Source: Eledone cirrhosa
Taxonomy: Eukaryota
Length of the DNA stretch: 64,000 bases
Direction: 5' to 3'
Assembly: GCA_964016885.1 (NCBI GenBank)
Contig: OZ024741.1
Span: 256,370,001-256,434,000 of the forward strand
Shown here: in pieces, positions 53,836 through 64,000 of the stretch
How positions within the stretch are numbered: position 1 is the first letter of the stretch
How the letters are laid out: every line of letters begins with the position of its first letter
Position numbers and translations under genes: made by a program
The notes under the pieces: generated by a model
Databases searched by the model: none
Seen by the model: the letters and a program-made list of their open reading frames with translations, nothing else
Told to the model about the DNA's origin: nothing

Positions 53836-54750
53836 GTTTCGCTTTACGAGTGTTTCGACTTACTAATGTTTTTACTTACGAGTGTTTCGGCGTACGAGTG
53901 TTTCGACTTACGAGTGTTTCGACTTACGGGTGTTTTGACTTACGGGTGTTTCGGCTTACGAGTGTTTTGACTTACGAGTGTTTTGACTTAAGGGTGTTTC
54001 GACTTACGAGTATTTTTGGCTTACGAGTGTTTCGACTTACGAGTGTTTTGACTTACGAGTGTTCTGATTTACGGATGTTTCGACATACGAGTGTTTCGAC
54101 TTACGAGTGTTTCGACTTATGAGTGTTTCGACTTACGAGTGTTTCGGCTTATGAGTGTTTCGACTTACGAGTGCTTCGGCTTACGAGTGTTTCGACTTAC
54201 GAGTATTTCGGCTTACGAGTGTTTCGACGTACGAATGTTTTGGCTTACGAGTGTTTCGGCTTATGAGTGTTTCGGCTTACGAGTGTTTCGACTTACGAGT
54301 GTTTCGGCTTACGAGTGTTTCAGTGTTTCGGCTTACGTGTGTTTCGACTTACGAGTGTTTCGACTTACGAGTGTTTTGACTTACGAGTGTTCTGATTTAC
54401 GGATGTTTCGACATACGAGTGTTTCGACTTACGAGTGTTTCGACTTATGAGTGTTTCGACTTACGAGTGTTTCGACTTACGAGTGTTTCGGCTTGTGATT
54501 GTTTCGACTTACGAGTGTTTTGACTTACGGTGTTTCAGCTTACGACTGTTTTGGCTTACGGTGTTTCGGCTTACGAGTGTTTCGAGTTACGAGTGTTTTG
54601 ACTTACACGTGTTTTGACATACGAGTGTTTCGATACGAGTGTTCTGACTTACGAGTGTTCTGACTTACGAGTGTTCTGACTTACGAGTGTTCCGACTTTA
54701 CGAGTGTTTCGGCTCACGAGTGTTTCGGCTTACGAGTGTTTCGACTTACG

Positions 54751-54820
54751 AAAATAACAAATAGACGCGGTTTCAAATCTCTATGCTTTTCAAATTCATT
54801 ACATTAATCTTTATTTATAC
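54751..54820 (+). repeat. 70-bp AT-rich element, copy 20 (flank class B)
   Basis: Same sequence. Confidence 0.97.
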
Positions 54821-57800
54821 GTTTCGCTTTACGAGTGTTTCGACTTAAGAGTGTTTCGACATACGAGTGTTTCGGCTTACGAGTGTTTTGATTTACGAGT
54901 GTTTTGACTTACGGGTGCTTCGACTTACGCGAGTTTCGACTTACGAGTGTTTCGACTTACGAGTGTTTCGACTTACGAGTGTTTCGGCTTACGAGTGTTT
55001 TGACTTACGAATGTTTTGACTTACGATTGTTTCGGCTTACGAGTGTTTCGACTTACGAGTGTTCTGACTACGAGTGTTCTGACTTACGGGTGATCTGACT
55101 TACGAGTGTTCCGACTTACGAGTGTTTCGGCTTATGAGTGTTTCGACTTACGAGTGCTTCGACTTACGAGTGTTTCGGCTTACGGGTGTTTCGACATACG
55201 AATGTTTTTGCTTACGAGTGTTTCGGCTTACGAGTGTTTCGGTTTATGAGTGTTTCGACTTACGAGTGTTTTGACTTACGGGTGTTTTGACATACGAGTG
55301 TTTCGATACGATTGTTCTGACTTACGAGTGTTTCCGCTTACAAGTGTTTCGGCTTACGAGTGTTTCGACTTACTAATGTTTTTACTTACGAGTGTTTCGG
55401 TGTACGAATGTTTCGACTTAAGGATGTTTCGACTTACGAGTGTTTCGACTTACGAGTGTTTCGACTTACGAGTGTTTCGACTTACGAGTGTTTTGGCTTA
55501 CGAATGTTTTGACTTACGGGTGTTTCGACTTACGAGTGTTTCGACTTATGAGTGTTTGGACTTACGAGTGTTTCGGCTTATGAGTGTTTCGACTTACGAG
55601 TGCTTCGGCTTACGAGTGTTTCGACTGACGAGTATTTCGGCTTACGAGTGTTTCGACGTACGAATGTTTTGGCTTACGAGTGTTTCGGCTTATGAGTGTT
55701 TCGGCTTACGAGTGTTTCGACTTACGAGGGTTTCGGCTTACGAGTGTTTCAGTGTTTCGGCTTACGTGTGTTTCGACTTACGAGTGTTTCGACTTATGAG
55801 TGTTTCGACTTACGAGTGTTCTGACTTACGAGTGTTCTGACTTACGAGTGTTCCGACTTACGAGTGTTTCGGTTTACGAGTGTTTCGACATACGAGTGTT
55901 TTGACTTACGGGTGTTTCGACTTACGGGTGTTTCGACTTACGAGTGTTTTGGCTTACGAGTGTTTCGACTTACTAATGTTTTTACTTACGAGTGTTTCGG
56001 TGTACGAATGTTTTGACTTAAGGATGTTTCGACTTACGAGTGTTTCGACTTACGAGTGTTTCGGCTTACGTGAGTTTCGACTTAAGATGGTTCTGATTTA
56101 CGAGTGTTCTGACTTACGATTGTTTCGGCTTATGAGTGTTTCGACTTATGGGTGTTTCGACTTACGAGTGTTTTTACTTACGGTGTTTCGGCTTACGAGT
56201 GTTTCGACATACGAGTGTTTTGACTTACGGGTGTTTCGACTTACGAGTATTTTTGGCTTACGAGTGTTTCGACTTACGAGTGTTTTGACTTACGAGTGTT
56301 CTGATTTACGGATGTTTCGACATACGAGTGTTTCGACTTACGAGTGTTTCGACTTATGAGTGTTTCGACTTACGAGTGTTTCGGCTTACGAGTGTTTCGA
56401 CTTACGAGTGTTTTGACTTACGGTGTTTCGGCTTACGAGTGTTTCGACTTACGAGTGTTTTGACTTACGGGTGTTTTGACATACGAGTGTTTCGATACGA
56501 GTGTTCTGACTTACGAGTGTTCTGACTTACGAGTGTTTTGACTTACGAGTGTTCTGACTTACGAGTGTTCCGACTTACGAGTGTTCCGACTTACGAGTGT
56601 TTCGGCTTACGAGTGTTTCCGGCTTACGAGTGTTTCGACTTCCGAGTGTTTTGACTTACGTGTTTCGGCTTACGAGTGATTCGACTTACGAGTGTTTTGA
56701 CTTACGGGTGATTTGACTTACGGGTGTTGTGAATTACGAGTGTTCCGATTTACGAGTGTTTTGACTTACGGTGTTTCGGCTTACGAGTGATTCGACTTAC
56801 GAATGTTTTGACTTACGGGTGTTTCGGCTTGCGAGTGTTTCGACTTACGAGTGTTTCGGCTTATGGGTGTTTCGACTTACTAATGTTTTTACTTACGAGT
56901 GTTTCGGCGTACGAGTGTTTTGACTTACGAGTGTTTCGACTTACGAGTGTTTCGACTTACGAGTGATTCGGCTTACGTGAGTTTCGACTTAAGAGTGTTC
57001 TGATTTACGAGTGTTCTGACTTGCGGGTGTTCTGATTTACGAGTGTTCCGACTTACGAGTGTTTCGGCTTATTAGTGTTTCGACTTACGAGTGTTTCGGC
57101 TTACGAGTGTTTCGACTTATGGGTGTTTCGAGTTACGAGTATTTTGACTTACGAATGTTTTGACTTACGAATGTTTTGACTTACGGGTGTTTCGGCTTAC
57201 GAGTGTTTCGACTTACGAGTGTTTCGGCTTACGAGTGTTTCGACTTACTAATGTTCTTACTTACGAGTGTTTCGGCGTACGAGAGTTTTGACTTACGAGT
57301 GTTTCGACTTACGAGTGTTTCGACTTACGAGTGTTTTGACTTACGAATGTTTTGACTTACGGGTGTTTCGGCTTACGAGTGTTTCGACTTTCGAGTCTTT
57401 CGGCTTACGAGTGTTTCGACTTACTAATGTTTTTACTTACGAGTGTTTCGAGGTACGAGTGTTTCGACTTACGAGTGTTTCAACTTACGGGTGTTTTGAC
57501 TTACGGGTGTTTCGGCTTACGAGTGTTTTGACTTACGAGTATTTTGACTTAAGGGTGTTTCGACTTACGAGTATTTTTGGCTTACGAGTGTTTCGACTTA
57601 CGAGTGTTTTGACTTACGAGTGTTCTGATTTACGGATGTTTCGACATACGAGTGTTTCGACTTACGAGTGTTTCGACTTATGAGTGTTTCGACTTACGAG
57701 TGTTTCGGCTTATGAGTGTTTCGACTTACGAGTGCTTCGGCTTACGAGTGTTTCGACTTACGAGTATTTCGGCTTACGAGTGTTTCGACGTACGAATGTT

Positions 57801-60724
57801 TTGGCTTACGAGTGTTTCGGCTTATGAGTGTTTCGGCTTACGAGTGTTTCGACTTACGAGTGTTTCGGCTTACGAGTGTTTCAGTGTTTCGGCTTACGTG
57901 TGTTTCGACTTACGAGTGTTTCGACTTACGACTGTTTCGGCTTACGAGTGTTTCGGCTTACGAGTGTTTCGACTTACGAGTGTTTTGACTTACGAATGTT
58001 TTGACTTACGGGTGTTTCGGCTTACGAGTGTTTCGACTTACGAGTCTTTCGGCTTACGAGTGTTTCGACTTACTAATGTTTTTACTTACGAGTGTTTCGG
58101 CGTACGAGTGTTTCGACTTACGAGTGTTTCGACTTACGGGTGTTTTGACTTACGGGTGTTTCGGCTTACGAGTGTTTTGACTTACGAGTGTTTTGACTTA
58201 AGGGTGTTTCGACTTACGAGTATTTTTGGCTTACGAGTGTTTCGACTTACGAGTGTTTTTTTACTTACGAGTGTTCTGATTTACGGATGTTTCGACATAC
58301 GAGTGTTTCGACTTACGAGTGTTTCGACTTACTAATGTTCTTACTTACGAGTGTTTCGGCGTACGAGAGTTTTGACTTACGAGTGTTTCGACTTACGAGT
58401 GTTTCGACTTACGAGTGTTTTGACTTACGAATGTTTTGACTTACGGGTGTTTCGGCTTACGAGTGTTTCGACTTACGAGTCTTTCGGCTTACGAGTGTTT
58501 CGACTTACTAATGTTTTTACTTACGAGTGTTTCGGCGTACGAGTGTTTCGACTTACGAGTGTTTCGACTTACGGGTGTTTTGACTTACGGGTGTTTCGGC
58601 TTACGAGTGTTTTGACTTACGAGTGTTTTGACTTAAGGTTGTTTCGACTTACGAGTATTTTTGGCTTACGAGTGTTTCGACTTACGAGTGTTTTGACTTA
58701 CGAGTGTTCTGATTTACGGATGTTTCGACATACGAGTGTTTCAACTTACGAGTGTTTCGACTTATGAGTGTTTCGACTTACGAGTGTTTCGGCTTATGAG
58801 TGTTTCGACTTACGAGTGCTTCGGCTTACGAGTGTTTCGACTTACGAGTATTTCGGCTTACGAGTGTTTCGACGTACGAATGTTTTGGCTTACGAGTGTT
58901 TCGGCTTATGAGTGTTTCGGCTTACGAGTGTTTCGACTTACGACTGTTTCGGCTTACGAGTGTTTCGGCTTGCGAGTGTTTCGGCTTACGAGTGTTTTGA
59001 CTTACGAGTGTTTTGACTTACGATTGTTTGGCTTACGAGTGTTCTGACTTACGGGTGTTCTGACTTTCGAATGTTCCGACTTACGAGTGTTTCGGCTTAT
59101 GAGGGTTTCGACTTACGAGTGCTTCGGCTTACGAGTGTTTCGACTTACGAGTGTTTCGGCTTACGAGTGTTTCGACTTACGAGTGTTTCGACTTACGAGT
59201 GTTTTGACTTACGGTGTTTCGGCTTCCGAGTGTTTCGACATACGAGTGTTTTGACGTACGGGTGTTTCGACTTACGGGTCTTTCGACTTAAGTGTGTTTC
59301 GACTTACGAGCGCTTCGACTTACGAGTGTTTCGACTTACGAGTGTTTCGGCGTATGAGTGTTTTGACTTACGAGTGTTTCGACTTACGAGTGTTTCGACT
59401 TACGAGTGTTTCGAATTACGAGTGTTTCGACTTACGAGTGTTTTGACTTACGAGTGTTTTGACTTCGGTGTTTCTGCTTACGAGTGTTTCGACTTACGAG
59501 TGTTATGACTTACGGGTGTTTTCACATACGAGTGTTTCGACTTACGAGTGTTTTGACTTACGGGTGTTTTGACATACGAGTGTTTCGATACGAGTGTTCT
59601 GACTTACGAGTGTTCTGACTTACGAGTGTTCTGACTTACGAGTGTTTCGACATACGAGTGTTTCGACTTACGGGTGTTTCGGCTTACGAGTGTTTCGACT
59701 TACGAGTGTTTCGGCTTACGAGTGTTTCGACTTACTAATATTTTTACTTACGAGTGTTTCGGCGTACGAGAGTTTTGACTTACGCGTGTTTCGACTTACG
59801 AGTGTTTCGACTTACGAGTATTTTGACTTACGAATGTTTTGACTTACGGGTGTTTCGGCTTACGAGTGTTTCGACTTACGAGTCTTTCGGCTTACGAGTG
59901 TTTCGACTTACTAATGTTTTTACTTACGAGTGTTTCGGCGTACGAGTGTTTCGACTTCCGAGTGTTTCGACTTACGGGTGTTTTGACTTACGGGTGTATC
60001 GGCTTACGAGTGTTTTGACTTACGAGTGTTTTGACTTAAGGGTGTTTCGACTTACGAGTATTTTTGGCTTACGAGTGTTTCGACTTACGAGTGTTTTGAC
60101 TTACGAGTGTTCTGATTTACGGATGTTTCGACATACGAGTGTTTCGACTTACGAGTGTTTCGACTTATGAGTGTTTCGACTTACGAGTGTTTCGACTTAC
60201 GAGTGTTTCGGCTTGTGATTGTTTCGACTTACGAGTGTTTTGACTTACGGTGTTTCAGCTTACGAGTGTTTCGACTTACGAGTGTTTTGACTTACGGGTG
60301 TTTTGACATACGAGTGTTTCGATACGAGTGTTCTGACTTACGAGTGTTCTGACTTACGAGTGTTTTGACTTACGAGTGTTGTGACTTACGAGTGTTCTGA
60401 CTTACGAGTGTTTCGGCTTACGAGTGTTTTGACTTAAGGGTGTTTCGACTTACGAGTGTTTCGATACGAGTGTTTCGACTTACGAGTGTTTCGGCTTACG
60501 AGTGTTTCGACTTACGAGTGTTTCGACTTACGAGTGTTCCGACTTACGGGTGTTTCGACTTACGAGTGTTTTGGCTTACGGTGTTTCGACTTACGAGTGT
60601 TTCGAGTTAAGAGTGTTTTGACTTACGAGTGTTCTGACTTACGAGTGTTCTGACTTACGAGTGTTCCGACTTTACGAGTGTTTCGGCTCACGAGTGTTTC
60701 GGCTTACGAGTGTTTCGACTTACG

Positions 60725-60794
60725 AAAATAACAAATAGACGCGGTTTCCAATCTCTATGCTTTTCAAATTCATTACATTAATCTTTATTTATAC
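60725..60794 (+). repeat. 70-bp AT-rich element, copy 21 (GGTTTCCAATC variant)
   Basis: Same variant as copy 18, offset 9758. Confidence 0.97.
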
Positions 60795-63523
60795 GTTTCG
60801 CTTTACGAGTGTTTCGACTTACGAGTGTTTCGACATACGAGTGTTTCGACTTACGAATGTTTTTGCTTACGGGTGTTTCGACTTACCAATATTTTGCTTA
60901 CGAGTGTTTCGGTTTACGAGTGTTCCGACTTACGAGTGTTCCGACTTACGAGTGTTTCGGCTTACGAGTGTTTCCGGCTTACGAGTGTTTCAACTTACGA
61001 GTGTTCTGACTTACGAGTGTTCTGATTTACGGATGTTTCGACACACGAGTGTTTCGAATTACGAGTGTTTCGACTTACGAGTGTTTTGACTTACGGGTGT
61101 TTTGACATACGAGTGTTTCGATACGAGTGTTTCGACTTACGAGTGTTCTGACTTACGAGTGTTCTGATTTACGGATGTTTCGACATACGAGTGTTTCGAC
61201 TTACGAGTGTTTCGACTTATGAGTGTTTCGACTTACGAGTGTTTCGGATTACGAGTGTTTCGACTTACGAGTGTTTTGACTTACGGTGTTTCGGCTTACG
61301 AGTGTTTCGACTTACGAGTGTTTTGACTTACGGGTGTTTTGACATACGAGTGTTTCGATACGAGTGTTCTGACTTACGAGTGTTCTGACTTACGAGTGTT
61401 CTGACTTACGAGTGTTCTGATTTACGGATGTTTCAACATACGAGTGTTTCGACTTACGAGTGTTTCGACTTATGAGTGTTTCGACTTACGAGTGTTTCGG
61501 CTTACGAGTGTTTCGACTTACGAGTGTTTTGACTTACGGTGTTTCGGCTTACGAGTGTTTCGACTTACGAGTGTTTTGACTTACGGGTGTTTTGACATAC
61601 GAGTGTTTCGATACGAGTGTTCTGACTTACGAGTGTTCTGACTTACGAGTGTTTTGACTTACGAGTGTTCTGACTTACGGGTGTTTCGACTTACGAGTAT
61701 TTTTGGCTTACCAGTGTTTCGACTTACGAGTGTTTTGACTTACGAGTGTTCTGATTTACGGATGTTTCGACACACGAGTGTTTCGACTTACGAATGTTTC
61801 GACTTATGAGTGTTTCGACTTACGAGTGTTTCGGCTTACGAGTGTTTCGTCTTACGAGTGTTTTGACTTACGGTGTTTCGGCTTACGAGTGTTTCGACTT
61901 ACGAGTGTTTTGACTTACGGGTGTTTTGACATACGAGTGTTTCGATACGAGTGTTCTGACTTACGAGTGTTCTGACTTACGAGTGTTTTGACTTACGAGT
62001 GTTCTGACTTACGAGTGTTCCGACTTACGAGTGTTCCGACTTACGAGTGTTTCGGCTTACGAGTGTTTCCGGCTTACGAGTGTTTCGACTTCCGAGTGTT
62101 TTGACTTACGGTGTTTCGGCTTACGAGTGATTCGACTTACGAGTGTTTTGACTTACGGGTGATTTGACTTACGGGTGTTGTGAATTTCGAGTGTTCCGAT
62201 TTACGAGTGTTTTGACTTACGGTGTTTCGGCTTACGAGTGATTCGACTTACGAATCTTTTGACTTACGGGTGTTTCGGCTTGCGAGTGTTTCGACTTACG
62301 AGTGTTTCGGCTTATGGGTGTTTCGACTTACTAATGTTTTTACTTACGAGTGTTTCGGCGTACGAGTGTTTTGACTTACGAGTGTTTCGACTTACGAGTG
62401 TTTCGACTTACGAGTGTTTCGACTTACGAGTGTTTCGGCTTACGTGAGTTTCGACTTAAGAGTGTTCTGATTTACGAGTGTTCTGAATTGCGGGTGTTCT
62501 GATTTACGAGTGTTCCGACTTACGAGTGTTTCGGCTTATTAGTGTTTCGACTTACGAGTGTTTCGGCTTACGAGTGTTTCGACTTATGGGTGTTTCGACT
62601 TACGAGTGTTTTTACTTACGGTGTTTCGGCTTACGAGTGTTTCGACATACGAGTGTTTTGACTTACGGGTGTTTCGACTTACGAGTGTTTTGACTAACGA
62701 ATGTTTTGACTTACGGGTGTTTCGGATTACGAGTGTTTCGACTTACGAGTGTTTCGGCTTACGAGTGTTTCGACTTACTAATGTTCTTACGAGTGTTTCG
62801 ACTTACGGGTGTTTTGACTTACGGGTGTATCGGCTTACGAGTGTTTTTGGCTTACGAGTGTTTCGACTTACGAGTGTTTTGACTTACGAGTGTTCTGATT
62901 TACGGATGTTTCGACTTACGAGTGTTTCGACTTACGAGTGTTTCGGCTTGTGATTGTTTCGACTTACGAGTGTTTTGACTTACGGTGTTTCAGCTTACGA
63001 GTGTTTCGACTTACGAGTGTTTTGACTTACGGGTGTTTTGACATACGAGTGTTTCGATACGAGTGTTCTGACTTACGAGTGTTCTGACTTACGAGTGTTT
63101 TGACTTACGAGTGTTCTGACTTACGAGTGTTCCGACTTACGAGTGTTCCGACTTACGAGTGTTTCGGCTTACGAGTGTTTTGACTTAAGGGTGTTTCGAC
63201 TTACGAGTGTTTCGATACGAGTGTTTCGACTTACGAGTGTTTCGGCTTACGAGTGTTTCGACTTACGAGTGTTTCGACTTACGAGTGTTCCGACTTACGG
63301 GTGTTTCGACTTACGAGTGTTTTGGCTTACGGTGTTTCGACTTACGAGTGTTTCGAGTTAAGAGTGTTTTGACTTACGAGTGTTCTGATTTACGAGTGTT
63401 CTGACTTACGAGTGTTCTGACTTACGAGTGTTCTGACTTACGAGTGTTCTGACTTACGAGTGTTCCGACTTTACGAGTGTTTCGGCTCACGAGTGTTTCG
63501 GCTTACGAGTGTTTCGACTTACG

Positions 63524-63593
63524 AAAATAACAAATAGACGCGGTTTCAAATCTCTATGCTTTTCAAATTCATTACATTAATCTTTATTTATAC
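63524..63593 (+). repeat. 70-bp AT-rich element, copy 22 (at HOR junction)
   Basis: Same as copy 19, offset 9758. Confidence 0.97.
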
Positions 63594-64000
63594 GTTTCGC
63601 TTTACGAGTGTTTCGACTTACTAATGTTTTTACTTACGAGTGTTTCGGCGTACGAGTGTTTCGACTTACGAGTGTTTCGACTTACGGGTGTTTTGACTTA
63701 CGGGTGTTTCGGCTTACGAGTGTTTTGACTTACGAGTGTTTTGACTTAAGGGTGTTTCGACTTACGAGTATTTTTGGCTTACGAGTGTTTCGACTTACGA
63801 GTGTTTTGACTTACGAGTGTTCTGATTTACGGATGTTTCGACATACGAGTGTTTCGACTTACGAGTGTTTCGACTTATGAGTGTTTCGACTTACGAGTGT
63901 TTCGGCTTATGAGTGTTTCGACTTACGAGTGCTTCGGCTTACGAGTGTTTCGACTTACGAGTATTTCGGCTTACGAGTGTTTCGACGTACGAATGTTTTG

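Larger units (their letters stand above)
1..64000 (+). repeat. 16-bp satellite DNA array, consensus GACTTACGAGTGTTTC, head-to-tail, running off both window edges
   Basis: The monomer is visible on every line. Recurrent variants are TTCGGC, TTTTGAC, TTCTGAC, TTCCGAC, TACGGG, TATGAG, GACATAC and 14/15/17-bp indel monomers. No reverse-complement copies (GAAACACTCGTAAGTC) were seen. Confidence 0.99.
44062..64000 (+). repeat. ~9.76-kb higher-order repeat: unit 1 ~44062-53851 (9790 bp), unit 2 ~53852-63609 (9758 bp), unit 3 starting at ~63610
   Basis: ORF offsets 44301/54091 and 45114/54904 (9790); 46570/56328, 50999/60757 and 53850/63608 (9758). Shared private variants GGTTTCCAATC, TTACCAATATTTTG, GACTAACGAATG. 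Confidence 0.95.

Noticed and set aside
171-63593. CRISPR-like repeat/spacer array
   Set aside because: The constant element is 70 bp and is separated by kilobases of satellite rather than unique 25-45 bp spacers. The 16-mers are contiguous, and there are no cas genes.
203-63880. Numerous + strand ORFs encoding YECFDLRVFRLTSVST repeats
   Set aside because: Three 16-bp monomers give a stop-free 48-bp/16-aa cycle shared by all three + frames. The minus strand has a TAA in every monomer, so it has no ORFs. The ORFs overlap in all frames, mostly begin at GTG/TTG within monomers, and end at random TGA/TAA variants.
1-64000. Telomerase-synthesised telomeric repeat (some yeasts use 16-bp units)
   Set aside because: There are no G-runs in the consensus, the length is at least 64 kb, and inherited variant strings and kilobase HORs indicate recombinational amplification. 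A telomerase-independent terminal or subtelomeric satellite cannot be excluded without chromosome position.
1-64000. Information-bearing code in the order of monomer variants, or a synthetic construct
   Set aside because: The variant order is explained by nested duplications and in-register deletions, with mostly transition-type changes. Nothing requires an encoding.

Overview
The whole 64 kb window is non-coding tandem satellite DNA in a single orientation, most likely eukaryotic heterochromatin. The monomer is 16 bp (consensus GACTTACGAGTGTTTC, 7/16 GC, two CpGs), roughly 3,900 copies by length. It is interrupted 22 times by a near-invariant 70-bp AT-rich element (AAAATAACAAATAGACGCGGTTTCAAATCTCTATGCTTTTCAAATTCATTACATTAATCTTTATTTATAC). 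Monomer variants and the element are arranged in nested higher-order repeats (HORs). Unit size tends to grow along the window: 1558 bp, ~4.2-4.5 kb, 2563 bp, ~6.3 kb and ~9.76 kb. Several recombination junctions are readable, one copy of the element has been cleanly excised (~12.27 kb), and an older diverged island lies at ~24.2-25.4 kb. All ORFs in the track are artefacts of the stop-free + strand of the monomer. I see no genes, RNA genes, CRISPR array or intact transposon. The organism cannot be identified from the sequence, and functional suggestions are hypotheses.
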